Positions 9,916-28,712 of a DNA stretch of 64,000 nt are shown here, piece by piece. The position numbers and the translations under genes were made by a program. Position 1 is the stretch's first letter, and every line of letters starts with the position of its first letter. Source of the stretch: Spirochaetia bacterium (GTDB lineage: Bacteria > Spirochaetota > Spirochaetia > SZUA-6 > Bin103); assembly GCA_965199955.1 (NCBI GenBank), contig CBDATQ010000001.1, forward strand, positions 1,056,001 through 1,120,000, in the 5' to 3' direction. The notes under the pieces were generated by a model. The model was not told the DNA's origin. It worked only from the letters and a program-made list of their open reading frames with translations, and searched no databases.

Positions 9916-9961
9916 GCGGCAGCACGCGCGCGGGAAACGGCTGAGGAGCGGGTTTCGAGGA

Positions 9962-10516
9962 ATGGCGAAGGGTTGGTACGTGGTCCACACCTACTCGGGG
10001 TTCGAGAACAAGGTGCACAAGCATCTGGCGCGCCTGATCGAGTCGCCGCGCATGCACAACCACCTGTTCGACGCCAAGGTCCCGGCTGAGGAGGTCGTCG
10101 AGGTCAAGGACGGCAAGAAGAAGGTGACGTCCCGCAAGTTCCTTCCCGGCTACATCCTGGTGGAGATGGACCTTGAGGGCGACGCCTGGATGGACGTCTG
10201 CGCCGCGGTCCGGCAGATACAGGGAGTGACCGGCTTCGTGGGGGCCACCAAGAACCGCAAGCCGCAGCCCATCTCCTCCGACGAAGCGCGCGAGCTGCTG
10301 CAGAAGGCGGGAGAGATCAAGAGCGACCGCACGCTGAAGCCCAAGCAGTCGTTCGTCATCGGCGAAAGCGTGCGCATCATCGACGGGCCGTTCGACTCGT
10401 TCACCGGAGCGGTGGAGGAGATCAACGAGGAAAAGGCGAAGCTGCGGGTGATGGTCGGCATCTTCGGCCGCTCGACACCCGTGGAGCTCGACTTCATGCA
10501 GGTAGAAAAGGTCTAA
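9962..10516 (+). CDS. nusG: Transcription elongation factor NusG
   Basis: WYVVHTYSGFE, FLPGYILVEM, KOW motif DGPF, IFGRSTPVEL. Confidence 0.97.
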   Translation: MAKGWYVVHTYSGFENKVHKHLARLIESPRMHNHLFDAKVPAEEVVEVKDGKKKVTSRKFLPGYILVEMDLEGDAWMDVCAAVRQIQGVTGFVGATKNRKPQPISSDEARELLQKAGEIKSDRTLKPKQSFVIGESVRIIDGPFDSFTGAVEEINEEKAKLRVMVGIFGRSTPVELDFMQVEKV

Positions 10517-10528
10517 AGGAGCGTAAGC

Positions 10529-10960
10529 GTGGCCAAGAAACGGATCGCTGCGGTGGTCAAGGTACAGGTGCCGGCGGGGCAGGCGACGCCGGCGCCGCCG
10601 GTGGGGCCGGCGCTCGGCCCGCACGGGGTGAGCGCGCCGATGTTCGTGCAGCAGTTCAACGAGCGCACCAAGGGTCTGGAGCCCGGGCTCACGACCCCCG
10701 TGGAGATCACCATCTACGCCGACAAGACCTTCACTTTCGTGACCAAGACGCCGCCGGCGGCGGTGCTGATCCGCAAGGCGTGCGGGCTGGAGAAGGGCTC
10801 GGCGGAGCCGAACAAGGAAAAGGTGGCCTCCATCACACGCGCGCAGTTGCTGGAGATCGCTCAGACCAAGCGCCCCGACCTCAACGCCATCGACGATGAT
10901 GCGGCCATCGCCATCATCGCCGGCACGGCGCGCAGCATGGGCGTCACGGTCGAAGCCTGA
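10529..10960 (+). CDS. rplK: 50S ribosomal protein L11
   Basis: [22 protein letters not shown]. Confidence 0.98.
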   Translation: MAKKRIAAVVKVQVPAGQATPAPPVGPALGPHGVSAPMFVQQFNERTKGLEPGLTTPVEITIYADKTFTFVTKTPPAAVLIRKACGLEKGSAEPNKEKVASITRAQLLEIAQTKRPDLNAIDDDAAIAIIAGTARSMGVTVEA

Positions 10961-10989
10961 AGACCGGGCGCGGAAAAGGAGAGAACGCA

Positions 10990-11661
10990 ATGGCACGAAA
11001 CGGCAAGCGCTATCGCGCCGCCCTGGAAGCCATCGATCGGCGGCACACCTATCCGGTCGAAGAAGGCTTGAAGCTGCTGAAGGGCCTGCCCCCGGCGAAA
11101 TTCGACGAGACGGTGGAGATCGCGGTCCGGGTGACCCTCAGGGGCAACCAGACGGTGCGCGACACGATGGTCCTCCCGCACAGCTTCGAGCAGGAGCAAC
11201 GGATCCTGGTGTTCGCCGAAGGCGACAAGGCACGGGAGGCCGAGGAGGCCGGCGCCACGTACGTCGGCGGCCAGGAGCTGATCGACAGGATCAAGGACGG
11301 CTGGCTGGAGTTCGACGTGACGGTTGCCACGCCCGACATGATGCGCAACGTCGGCAGGCTCGGCCCGATCCTGGGCCGGCGCGGCCTGATGCCCAATCCG
11401 AAGACCCGCACCGTCACCCAGGACGTCGCCGGCACCATCGCCGAGCTCAAGCGCGGCCGGGTGGAGTTTCGCGCCGATCGCACCGGTGTCGTCCACCTGC
11501 CGATCGGCAGGCTTAGCATGGACGGGCAGGCGCTGGCCGAGAACGCGCGATCCGTGGTCGCGGAAGTGGAGCGCAAGCGGCCCGCCGACACGAAGGGCGA
11601 CTTCCTTCGGAGCGTCGCGGTGTGCACGACGATGAGCCCCGGCGTGAAGGTGGCCGTATGA
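10990..11661 (+). CDS. rplA: 50S ribosomal protein L1
   Basis: KFDETVE, LGRRGLMPNPK. Confidence 0.97.
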   Translation: MARNGKRYRAALEAIDRRHTYPVEEGLKLLKGLPPAKFDETVEIAVRVTLRGNQTVRDTMVLPHSFEQEQRILVFAEGDKAREAEEAGATYVGGQELIDRIKDGWLEFDVTVATPDMMRNVGRLGPILGRRGLMPNPKTRTVTQDVAGTIAELKRGRVEFRADRTGVVHLPIGRLSMDGQALAENARSVVAEVERKRPADTKGDFLRSVAVCTTMSPGVKVAV

Positions 11662-12251
11662 GCGACGGTGTAGCCACACTTCCCGAGGGCGTCGCCGAGC
11701 GCGAGCCGCAGCAGCACAAACGCGATGCGGTGGCATGGCTCCGTGAAATGCTTGAGCAGGCGCCGAATGCCGTGTACGCGGACTACACCGGGCTGGACGT
11801 CAGCGCGATGACCGCGTTGCGGCGGGCCCTGGGCGAACAGGACTCCACCCTGCGGGTGGTGAAGAACCGGTTCATGCGGATCGCCCTCGACTCGCTGGAG
11901 TTGCCGGCTTCCGACGAATGCCTGACCGGCCCGACCGTGATCGCCACGCTGGGAGCGGAGCCTGGTGCCGCCTGCAAGGTGCTGGTGGACGTGCGCCGCG
12001 ATTCGCCGCTGGTGATCAAGGGTGCGTTGGTCGACGGCCAGCTCCTCGACACCGCCCAGGTGGAGGCGCTGGCCAACCTGCCGCCACGCGACCAGTTGTA
12101 CGCGATGCTGCTCGCCGCCATGAACGGACCGATCCGCTCGGTGGCGGGGGTCTTGCAGGGGGTGATCCGGAAGCTGGTAGGAACCCTGCAGGCCGTTGCG
12201 GACAGCCAGGCGGCCACGGACCAGCCCGGCGCACAAGAAACAGACGGTTGA
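11658..12251 (+). CDS. rplJ: 50S ribosomal protein L10
   Basis: DYTGL, VVKNR, LANLP; ATGA overlap with the rplA stop. Confidence 0.93.
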   Translation: MSDGVATLPEGVAEREPQQHKRDAVAWLREMLEQAPNAVYADYTGLDVSAMTALRRALGEQDSTLRVVKNRFMRIALDSLELPASDECLTGPTVIATLGAEPGAACKVLVDVRRDSPLVIKGALVDGQLLDTAQVEALANLPPRDQLYAMLLAAMNGPIRSVAGVLQGVIRKLVGTLQAVADSQAATDQPGAQETDG

Positions 12252-12295
12252 GACAGACCGACCGAAAAGCAAAGAGAACGTTTTAGGAGCAGACG

Positions 12296-12682
12296 ATGGG
12301 CAAGCTGACAGCAGAGCAGATCATGGACGGGATCGCGGAGATGACCGTTCTGGAGGTGTCCGAACTGGTCAAGGCCTTGGAGGACAAGTTCGGCGTGACC
12401 GCCGCGGCGCCCATGGCCGCGGTGGCAGTGGCGCCGGCCGACGCTGAAGCCGCGGAGGAAGAGGAGCAGACGGAGTTCACCGTCATACTCAAGAGCTTCG
12501 CGGACGGCAAGAAGATCCCGGTCATCAAGGAGGTTCGCGCCCTCACCGGACTCGGCCTCAAGGAGGCCAAGGAACTGGTCGAAGCCGGTGACAAGCCGGT
12601 CAAGGAGATGGTCGGCAAGGAAGAGGCCGACACGGCCAAGGAAAAGCTGGAGAGCGCTGGCGGCGTCGTTGAGCTCAAGTAG
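12296..12682 (+). CDS. rplL: 50S ribosomal protein L7/L12
   Basis: [24 protein letters not shown]. Confidence 0.98.
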   Translation: MGKLTAEQIMDGIAEMTVLEVSELVKALEDKFGVTAAAPMAAVAVAPADAEAAEEEEQTEFTVILKSFADGKKIPVIKEVRALTGLGLKEAKELVEAGDKPVKEMVGKEEADTAKEKLESAGGVVELK

Positions 12683-12763
12683 CCCGACTCCAGCACCGAC
12701 CGACAACAGATTCGACGCGTCTCGTCCCCGGCCTGCGCGGCCGGTCTGACAGGAGGGGTATGT

Positions 12764-15700
12764 ATGCCCGGTACGCTTACCAAGGTCCCGCGCCAGTTCA
12801 TGGGCCGTGGCTCCGACGACGTGATGGCCATGCCGAACCTCGTGGACATCCAGATCTTGTCCTACGAGCGCCTGCTGCAGCGCGAACGGCTGCGCGACGG
12901 CGAGGGGCCGGACCGGCAGGGGCTCGAAGAGGTGTTCCGCGACGTGTTTCCGATCGAGAGCCCGAATGGAGACATGGTCCTGGAGTACGCCGGCTACTCG
13001 CTCGATGAGGCGAACATCAAGTTCTCGGAGAGCGCGTGCAAGACCAAGGGGCTGACGTACGCGATCCCGATCAAGGCCAAGATCAACCTGGTCTTCCTGC
13101 AGACCGGCGAAATCCGGCAGAAGGAAATCTACATGGGCGACATCCCGCTCATGACCGAGCGGGGAACCTTCATCATCAACGGCGCCGAGCGCGTGGTGGT
13201 CAGCCAGATCCACCGCTCGCCCGGCGCGATCTTCTCGCACGAGAAGGGCGTCTACGCCTCGCGGATTATCCCGTACCGCGGCTCCTGGCTGGAGTTCGAG
13301 ATCGACCAGAAGAAGGAGTTGATCTACGCCAAGATCGACCGCAAGAAGCGCCTGCTCGCCACGGTGTTCCTGCGCGCGCTGGGATTCGACAGCCGCGAAG
13401 CGATCGTCGACCTGTTCTACCAGCGCACCACCATTCCGGTATCGGACGACCCGGAGGCGAAGTCGCAGCTTGTGGGCAAGATCCTGGCGCGGCCGTTGCA
13501 TCGCGACGACACTCGACTCTACCGGGCCGGCGAGAAGCTCTTGTCCCACGACGTCGAGGAGCTGGTCAACCTGCAGGTGCCCGAGGTCGAGGCCATCGAC
13601 TTCGACCATCCGGACAGCCTGCACTCACCCATCGTGGTCAATTGCTTCGAGCGCGAGGAGACCAGGCTGGTCCCCAGCGACGACGACGACGAGATGACCA
13701 GGGAAGACGCGGTGATCCGCGTCTATTTGGCCATCAAGCCGGGCGAGCCGGTCACGATCGACAGCGCGGAGAAGGACCTGCACAGCATGTTCTTCTCCTC
13801 GCGCCGCTACGACCTGGGGCGGGTGGGGCGCTACAAGCTCAACAAGAAGTTCGACTACGCAGAGCCGCCGGAGACGCACACGCTGGTGCCGGAGGACATC
13901 GTCAACACGATGATCATGCTCACCAAGGTCTACATCGGCGAAGGCAACGTCGACGACATCGACCACCTGGGCAACCGCCGCATCCGCTCGGTCGGAGAGC
14001 TCCTGACCAACCATCTGAAGATTGCCTTCTCCCGCATGGAGCGCATCGCCAAGGAGCGCATGTCGCTGAAGGAGGCGGACACGATCCGGCCGCAGGACCT
14101 GGTGTCGATCAAGCCGATCGTTGCCACGATCAAGGAGTTCTTCGGCTCCAGCCAGCTCTCGCAGTTCATGGAGCAGGTCAACCCTCTTGCCGAGCTGACC
14201 CACAAGAGGCGGCTGAACGCGCTCGGCCCCGGCGGCCTGTCACGGGACCGCGCCGGCTTCGAGGTGCGCGACGTCCATTACACCCATTACGGCCGCATGT
14301 GCCCGATCGAGACCCCCGAAGGGCCGAACATCGGGTTGATCGTGTCGCTGGCCAACTACACGCGCGTCAACTCCTACGGCTTCCTGGAGACCCCGTATCG
14401 CAAGGTGATCGACGGCCGCGTCACGCGCGAGATCGAGTACCTGTCGGCGATCGACGAAGAGAAGTACTTCATCGCCCAGGCCGGCGCGCCGGTCGACGAT
14501 GACGGGCAGTTCGCGGAAACCCTGGTGCCGGTCCGGCGGGGCGGCGACTACATCACCCGCGAGCCCGACTCCATCCAGTACATGGACGTCTCGCCCAAGC
14601 AGATCATCTCGGTATCCGCCTCGCTGATCCCGTTCCTGGAGCACGATGACGCAAACCGGGCTTTGATGGGGTCCAACATGCAGCGGCAGGCGGTGCCGCT
14701 GATCATTCCGGAGCCGCCGCGCGTCGGTACCGGCATGGAGGAGAAGACCGCCTACGATTCCGGCGTGCTGGTGCTTGCCAGGCGGGCGGGCTTGGTCGAC
14801 TACGTCAGCTCCCAGCGGGTGGAGATCCGTCCCGACGGCGCCGCCGACGGTGTGATCGACACCTACCCGATGGTCAAGTACCAGCGCACCAACCAGGACA
14901 CCTGCTTCCTGCAGAAGCCGGTGTGCCGCGTCGGCGACCGGGTGGCGGCCGGCCAGGTCCTGGCCGACGGGCCGTCCACCTATGCCGGCGAGCTGGCGCT
15001 GGGCCGCAACGTGATCGTCGCCTTCATGCCGTGGAACGGCTACAACTACGAGGACGCCATCCTGGTCTCCTCGCGCGTGGTCAAGGAGGACGTGTTCACC
15101 TCCATCCACATCAAGGAATTCTCGATCGAGGTGCGCGAGACCAAGCTCGGTCCGGAGAAGATCACCCGCGACATCCCCAACACGGCCGAGGATGCCTTCG
15201 AGCACCTGGACGCCGAGGGGATCGTGCGCATCGGCGCCAAGGTAAAGTCGGGGTCGATCCTGGTAGGCAAGGTCACGCCCAAGAGCGAGACCGACTCCAC
15301 GCCGGAGTTCAAGCTGTTGAACTCGATCTTCGGTGAGAAGGCCAAGGAGGTGCGCGACACCTCGCTGCGCATCCAGCACGGCGTGGAAGGCACGGTGATC
15401 GACGTCCAGCGCATGCGCCGCTCGGCCGGCGACGAGTTGAGTCCGGGAGTCGAGGAAGTGGTCAAGGTGCTGGTCGCATCCAAGCGCAAGCTGCAGGAAG
15501 GCGACAAGATGGCTGGCCGCCACGGCAACAAGGGGGTGATCGCCCGCGTGCTGCCGGAAGAGGACATGCCGTTCATGGCCGACGGCACCTCCGTGGACGT
15601 GGTGCTGAACCCGCTCGGCGTCCCGTCGCGGATGAATCTGGGCCAGATCATGGAAACCCAGCTCGGCTGGGCGGGACTGAGGCTGGACGAATGGTACGCG

Positions 15701-16246
15701 ACCCCGGTGTTCCAGTCGGCGTCGAACGAGATGATCGAGGGCAAGCTGTCCCAGGCGGACCTTCCGTCCAGCTCCAAGATTACCCTGTACGACGGGCTGA
15801 CGGGCGAACCGTTCGAGAACCCGGTCACCTGCGGCGTCATCTACATGATGAAGCTCAGCCACCTGGTCGACGACAAGATGCACTCCCGTTCCACGGGGCC
15901 GTACTCGCTGGTCACCCAGCAGCCGCTCGGCGGCAAGGCTCAGAACGGCGGCCAGCGGCTCGGCGAGATGGAGGTGTGGGCGTTGGAGGCGTACGGCGCG
16001 TCAAACACGCTGCGCGAGCTGCTCACGGTCAAGTCGGATGACATGAACGGCCGCGGCAAGGTGTACGAGAGCATCGTGAAGGGTGAGCCGTTCGAGTCCG
16101 GCGGCATCCCCGAGTCGTTCAACGTGCTGGTACAGGAGCTGCGCGGCCTGGCGCTGGACATCACGATCTTCGACGGCAAGGGCAAGCCGGTGCCGCTCAC
16201 CGAGCGGGACGAGGAGCTGATCACCCGCGAGGGAGCGCGCTTCTGA
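12764..16246 (+). CDS. rpoB: RNA polymerase beta subunit
   Basis: [43 protein letters not shown]. Confidence 0.99.
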   Translation: MPGTLTKVPRQFMGRGSDDVMAMPNLVDIQILSYERLLQRERLRDGEGPDRQGLEEVFRDVFPIESPNGDMVLEYAGYSLDEANIKFSESACKTKGLTYAIPIKAKINLVFLQTGEIRQKEIYMGDIPLMTERGTFIINGAERVVVSQIHRSPGAIFSHEKGVYASRIIPYRGSWLEFEIDQKKELIYAKIDRKKRLLATVFLRALGFDSREAIVDLFYQRTTIPVSDDPEAKSQLVGKILARPLHRDDTRLYRAGEKLLSHDVEELVNLQVPEVEAIDFDHPDSLHSPIVVNCFEREETRLVPSDDDDEMTREDAVIRVYLAIKPGEPVTIDSAEKDLHSMFFSSRRYDLGRVGRYKLNKKFDYAEPPETHTLVPEDIVNTMIMLTKVYIGEGNVDDIDHLGNRRIRSVGELLTNHLKIAFSRMERIAKERMSLKEADTIRPQDLVSIKPIVATIKEFFGSSQLSQFMEQVNPLAELTHKRRLNALGPGGLSRDRAGFEVRDVHYTHYGRMCPIETPEGPNIGLIVSLANYTRVNSYGFLETPYRKVIDGRVTREIEYLSAIDEEKYFIAQAGAPVDDDGQFAETLVPVRRGGDYITREPDSIQYMDVSPKQIISVSASLIPFLEHDDANRALMGSNMQRQAVPLIIPEPPRVGTGMEEKTAYDSGVLVLARRAGLVDYVSSQRVEIRPDGAADGVIDTYPMVKYQRTNQDTCFLQKPVCRVGDRVAAGQVLADGPSTYAGELALGRNVIVAFMPWNGYNYEDAILVSSRVVKEDVFTSIHIKEFSIEVRETKLGPEKITRDIPNTAEDAFEHLDAEGIVRIGAKVKSGSILVGKVTPKSETDSTPEFKLLNSIFGEKAKEVRDTSLRIQHGVEGTVIDVQRMRRSAGDELSPGVEEVVKVLVASKRKLQEGDKMAGRHGNKGVIARVLPEEDMPFMADGTSVDVVLNPLGVPSRMNLGQIMETQLGWAGLRLDEWYATPVFQSASNEMIEGKLSQADLPSSSKITLYDGLTGEPFENPVTCGVIYMMKLSHLVDDKMHSRSTGPYSLVTQQPLGGKAQNGGQRLGEMEVWALEAYGASNTLRELLTVKSDDMNGRGKVYESIVKGEPFESGGIPESFNVLVQELRGLALDITIFDGKGKPVPLTERDEELITREGARF

Positions 16247-16372
16247 TGGGCGGGCTGCCGATGCGGACAGACGGATTGAGATCAGGCGGATTGAGATCAG
16301 GCGGATTGAGATCAGGCGGATTGAGATCAGGCGGTCCGCGGTCGCAGAGATCCGACAGGAGGGGGGGAACTC

Positions 16373-16380
<8 letters not shown>
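16246..16380 (+). CDS. Putative 44-aa bridging micro-ORF between rpoB and rpoC (MGGLPMRTD(GLRSG)4[15 protein letters not shown])
   Basis: ATG overlaps the rpoB stop (TGATG); its TGA lies 8 nt into rpoC. Translation unproven. Confidence 0.35.
16272..16334 (+). repeat. Perfect tandem repeat, 4 x 15 nt (cggattgagatcagg) plus cgg
   Basis: Units at 16272, 16287, 16302 and 16317; no spacers. Confidence 0.98.
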
Positions 16381-20626
<4,246 letters not shown>

Positions 20627-20694
20627 TTTCTGGCCGACCTGACTCCCTGCCGACCGGCGGCGTGCGCGGACCCCGTTTCACTTGAAGAGCCCGC

Positions 20695-20724
20695 TTGACG
20701 AGCCGCGCCGTCGCTCGGTACGTT
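20695..20724 (+). promoter_or_regulatory. Upstream sigma70-like promoter in the rpoC-rpsL spacer
   Basis: TTGACG-18 nt-TACGTT. Confidence 0.45.
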
Positions 20725-20806
20725 CTGGGGCAAGCGCAAGCCCCGACGCGGAGGTGGCGGGCCATCGTGCCCGCTGCCGTCGCAGGAAAAGGAAGGTCGG
20801 GGGTAC

Positions 20807-20836
20807 TTGACTGTCCGTGCCGAAGGCGCGTATGGT
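20807..20836 (+). promoter_or_regulatory. Sigma70-like promoter of the str operon
   Basis: TTGACT-18 nt-TATGGT, about 150 nt before rpsL. Confidence 0.6.
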
Positions 20837-20990
20837 AGTGGCTCGGTCGCTATCAAGCCGTAGACACCTGCGGTCAGCCTGAGTCGCATGTCGGCGGTTC
20901 CGCCAGCAGGCAGTTCCTCCGGAAGGACGGGTGTACCCCTGAAGTGGGCGGTTCGTTGGAGTGTGGTAGTTCGAGTATGAGGAGTCAGGA

Positions 20991-21365
20991 GTGCCGACGA
21001 TAAACCAGCTTGTCCGGAACGGACGCAAGCGCAGCACCAAGACCAGCAAGAGTCCTGCGCTCCAGTCATGCCCGCAGAAGCGCGGTGTATGCACGAGGGT
21101 GATGATCGTCACCCCGCGCAAGCCGAACTCCGCTTTGCGCAAGGTGGCGCGCGTGCGTCTGGTTTCGGGGGTCGAAGTGACCGCCTATATTCCCGGGATC
21201 GGGCACAACCTGCAGGAGCACTCCGTCGTTCTGATCCGGGGCGGGCGCGTCAAGGATCTGGCGGGTGTCCGCTACCACGTGGTACGCGGGGCCAAGGATA
21301 CGCTCGGTGTCGACGATCGGCGTCGCGCGCGATCGAAGTACGGCACCAAGCGGCCGAGGTCCTGA
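20991..21365 (+). CDS. rpsL: 30S ribosomal protein S12
   Basis: [24 protein letters not shown]. Confidence 0.99.
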   Translation: MPTINQLVRNGRKRSTKTSKSPALQSCPQKRGVCTRVMIVTPRKPNSALRKVARVRLVSGVEVTAYIPGIGHNLQEHSVVLIRGGRVKDLAGVRYHVVRGAKDTLGVDDRRRARSKYGTKRPRS

Positions 21366-21415
21366 GGGCCGTATCCGAACAGATCGTAGCGGGATAATTC
21401 AGGGAGTTCACGGAA

Positions 21416-21886
21416 ATGCCCAGACGTAGCGTAAGTACGCAGCGGCGCGACGTGCGCGATGCGCGATTTCGCGACCCGCTTGCGGGACGGTTCATCAACA
21501 GCATGCTGCTGCGCGGCAAGAAGTCGCTGGCGGCGCGCACGTTCTATCAGGCGCTCGACTTCCTTGACGGCAAGGGAGAGGGAGATGCGATCGAGATGTT
21601 CCACAAGGCGGTGGACAATATCAAGCCGATGCTGGAAGTGAAATCGCGGCGCGTGGGAGGATCCACCTACCAGGTGCCGGTGGAGGTTCGCGAAGACCGC
21701 CAGGTCGCGCTCGCGATCCGCTGGCTGCTACAGTTCGCGCGTGCCCGTCGCGGGCGCTCCATGGCCGAGCGGCTGGGCGCCGAGTTCCTAGACGCCTACA
21801 ACAACACCGGCTCGGCTGCCAAGAAGAAAGAGGATACGCACCGGATGGCCGAAGCCAACAGGGCTTTCGCCCACTACCGCTGGTAG
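21416..21886 (+). CDS. rpsG: 30S ribosomal protein S7
   Basis: [25 protein letters not shown]. Confidence 0.99.
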   Translation: MPRRSVSTQRRDVRDARFRDPLAGRFINSMLLRGKKSLAARTFYQALDFLDGKGEGDAIEMFHKAVDNIKPMLEVKSRRVGGSTYQVPVEVREDRQVALAIRWLLQFARARRGRSMAERLGAEFLDAYNNTGSAAKKKEDTHRMAEANRAFAHYRW

Positions 21887-21928
21887 CACGGCATCGCTGG
21901 CAGGCGGCAGGTCACGGGTAGGGCACTG

Positions 21929-24064
<2,136 letters not shown>

Positions 24065-24111
24065 GGAGTCCAGGGTTAGTCGAGGAGAACAGGCCAAGGA
24101 GACACAAAGGG

Positions 24112-25302
<1,191 letters not shown>

Positions 25303-25333
25303 GGCGACAGGGAAGACTGGCTGGTACCGAGCG

Positions 25334-25642
25334 ATGGCTACGGAACGGTTTCGGGTGCGGTTGCGCGGGTTCGACATAGAGCTCGTGGATCAAAGTTCAC
25401 GGGCGATCGTGCAGACCGTGCAAAAGACGGGGGCGCGCGTCGCGGGTCCGATCCCGCTGCCGACCCGGATCAACAAATTCACGGTGCTCCGATCCCCGCA
25501 CGTCTACAAGAAGTCGCGTGAGCAGTTCGAAATGCGGACTCACAAGCGGCTCATCGACATCCTGGAGCCAAGCAGCGCCGTCATGGATGCGCTGATGAAG
25601 CTTGAGCTGCCTGCCGGCGTCGACGTCGAGATCAGGCAGTAG
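25334..25642 (+). CDS. rpsJ: 30S ribosomal protein S10
   Basis: [19 protein letters not shown]. Confidence 0.98.
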   Translation: MATERFRVRLRGFDIELVDQSSRAIVQTVQKTGARVAGPIPLPTRINKFTVLRSPHVYKKSREQFEMRTHKRLIDILEPSSAVMDALMKLELPAGVDVEIRQ

Positions 25643-25654
25643 GGAGCGTGCGGC

Positions 25655-26302
25655 GTGGTAGCGGTAGTTGGCGTCAAGGTGGGAATGACGCAGGTATTCG
25701 ACGACGCGGGCACGGCGCGCCCGGCGACGCTGGTGCGGGTCGAACCCAATGTCGTGATCGGCACGCGCGTTGCCGCAGGTGACGGGTATGACGCCGTCGT
25801 GCTGGGCTGGGGGACGGCTCGCAAGCGGCGGTTGACGAAGCCGTTTGCCGGTCAGTTCCCGGAGGGCATCGATCCGACGCGACGCATCATGGAGTTGCGC
25901 GGCTTTGACGGAGAGTTCGAGGTCGGGAAACCGCTGGACCTGTCCATCTTTTCCGACCGGCGCTTTGTGGATGTCCAGGGCGTGTCGCTCGGGAAGGGTT
26001 TTCAGGGCGTGATCAAGCGTCACGGGTTTCGGGGCGGCCGCGCGACGCACGGCTCCAAGTTCCATCGCGCCGGCGGGTCCACCGGTCAGTCGGCGTGGCC
26101 GTCGCGGGTGCTGAAGGGCACACGCATGGCGGGGCGCATGGGTGGCCGGCGTGCCACGGTGCAGAACCTCGAGCTGCTGCGCATCGACCAGGAGCGGCGG
26201 CTGATGATGATAGCCGGACCGATTCCCGGCCGCCGCGGCGGGCACGTGTTGGTGGCGAGCGCGAAGAAGAAGCAGGGCGGCCGGAACGGGAGTGCGGAGT
26301 GA
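25655..26302 (+). CDS. rplC: 50S ribosomal protein L3
   Basis: KVGMTQ, GKGFQGVIKRH, RMAGRMG. Confidence 0.97.
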   Translation: MVAVVGVKVGMTQVFDDAGTARPATLVRVEPNVVIGTRVAAGDGYDAVVLGWGTARKRRLTKPFAGQFPEGIDPTRRIMELRGFDGEFEVGKPLDLSIFSDRRFVDVQGVSLGKGFQGVIKRHGFRGGRATHGSKFHRAGGSTGQSAWPSRVLKGTRMAGRMGGRRATVQNLELLRIDQERRLMMIAGPIPGRRGGHVLVASAKKKQGGRNGSAE

Positions 26303-26949
26303 AGGTTCCGGTTTTGGGCCCGGACGGCAATCCTTCCGGAGAGATCGAGTTGGACGACCGGGTCTTCGACGTCGAGGTCTCGGACGGGGCCATCCATGCG
26401 GCGCTGCGCAATGAGCTTGCCAATCAGCGCGTCGGCACGGCGGCGACCAAGCGCCGCGGCCAGGTGCGCGGCGGTGGCCGCAAGCCCTACCGGCAGAAGG
26501 GTACGGGGCGGGCACGCGCGGGATCGAGGCGATCACCGCTGTGGGTCGGCGGCGGCATCACCTTTGGCCCACAGCCGCGCGACTACCGGTATCGGATACC
26601 GCGCAAGGTGAAGCGACTGGCCATACGATCGGTGCTCACGTCCAAATGCCGGGGAAAGCAGCTGATGGTGGTCGACGGCGTGCAGTCCGCTTCGGGCCGC
26701 ACCCGTGAGCTCGCGGCGACGATCGATGCCCTGTCGCCGGGACTGAAGACCGTGTTGGTGTTGGGCGCCGACGACCCGATGACGCGGCGCGCGGGACGCA
26801 ATCTGTCTTCCTTGCGCATTCTTTCCAGCCAACGGCTTCGGGTGCACGAACTGCTGTACGGAGACCGAGTGCTGCTGCAGCGCGAAGCCGTGGCGCGATT
26901 GAACGCCGGATACGGCGGTGCAGATCTGGAGGCCGACGATGGCGGGTGA
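26299..26949 (+). CDS. rplD: 50S ribosomal protein L4
   Basis: KPYRQKGTGRARAGS, GGGITFGP; GTGA overlap with rplC. Confidence 0.96.
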   Translation: MKVPVLGPDGNPSGEIELDDRVFDVEVSDGAIHAALRNELANQRVGTAATKRRGQVRGGGRKPYRQKGTGRARAGSRRSPLWVGGGITFGPQPRDYRYRIPRKVKRLAIRSVLTSKCRGKQLMVVDGVQSASGRTRELAATIDALSPGLKTVLVLGADDPMTRRAGRNLSSLRILSSQRLRVHELLYGDRVLLQREAVARLNAGYGGADLEADDGG

Positions 26950-27219
26950 AATTATCCTCGAGCCACTGGTGACCGAGAAATCCAACTCCTTGCGCGAGGC
27001 GGGCAAGTACAGCTTCCGCGTTGATCCACGCGCCTCCAAGCAGCAGGTGCTCGCGGAGGTGCGGCGGCTGTTCGACGTCAACCCGGTTCGCTGCAACATC
27101 ATCAATGTCCCCCGCAAGCCGAAACGGGTTCGCTACCGGCGCGGTTACACAGCCTCATGGAAGAAGGCGATCGTGACCCTGTCCGGTGACCAGACCATCG
27201 AAATCTTCGAGGGCGTCTG

Positions 27220-27220
<1 letters not shown>
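26939..27220 (+). CDS. rplW: 50S ribosomal protein L23
   Basis: [15 protein letters not shown]. Confidence 0.96.
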
Positions 27221-28041
<821 letters not shown>

Positions 28042-28076
28042 CCACGCACCAGACCGTAAGGATGACGAGGTAGGTT

Positions 28077-28358
28077 ATGTCACGATCGATCAAGAAAGGG
28101 CCGTTCGTATCGCCGAGTCTGTTCAAGCGGGTGATCGAGGCCTCCAAGTCCTCCGGCAAGCAGATGGTCAAGACGTATTCGCGCTGCTCGACGATCATCC
28201 CGCAGATGGTCGGGATGACCATCTCGGTCTACAACGGCAAGAATTGGATTCCGGTCTACATCACGGAGAACCTGGTGGGGCACAAGATCGGCGAGTTCGC
28301 TCCGACGCGGGTATTTCGAGGGCACGCGGGGTCGGACCGCAAGGCGGTGCGGCGCTGA
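28077..28358 (+). CDS. rpsS: 30S ribosomal protein S19
   Basis: [20 protein letters not shown]. Confidence 0.98.
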   Translation: MSRSIKKGPFVSPSLFKRVIEASKSSGKQMVKTYSRCSTIIPQMVGMTISVYNGKNWIPVYITENLVGHKIGEFAPTRVFRGHAGSDRKAVRR

Positions 28359-28711
28359 TGGTCAGAGGCAAGCAGGGTTACACGGCCCACAGCAAGTTCC
28401 TGCGTATTTCGCCGAGCAAGGTGCGCCCCCTCGCCGATCTGGTTCGTCGCCAGCCCTATGCCGAGGCTTTGGCGCTACTGGAGACGATGCCGCACAAGGG
28501 CGCCGCGCTCCTGCGCAAGACGATCAAGTCGGCCGGCGACAACGCACTGTTTCATAATGAGGATCTCGACGAGGAGTCGTTGTACGTCCGCGAGCTGCAG
28601 GTGCTCGACGGTCCGCGCCTGAAGCGCATCTGGGTGCGCGGGCGCGGCCGAGCAGATCGCCAGGTGAGCCGCCTCTGTCATATCTCGGTAGCGGTGGAGG
28701 AGATGAGCTAG
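28358..28711 (+). CDS. rplV: 50S ribosomal protein L22
   Basis: RISPSKVR, GPRLKR..RGRGRA; TGATG overlap with rpsS. Confidence 0.95.
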   Translation: MVRGKQGYTAHSKFLRISPSKVRPLADLVRRQPYAEALALLETMPHKGAALLRKTIKSAGDNALFHNEDLDEESLYVRELQVLDGPRLKRIWVRGRGRADRQVSRLCHISVAVEEMS

Positions 28712-28712
28712 T

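Noticed and set aside
16272..16334. Possible mini-CRISPR array
   Set aside because: Units are 15 nt, directly abutting with no spacers, and there are no cas genes.
20727..20782. c-di-GMP-I riboswitch (GACGC followed by a stem ending in GCTGCCG)
   Set aside because: No clear GGCAAA element or tetraloop/receptor pair; the resemblance is too weak without a covariance search.
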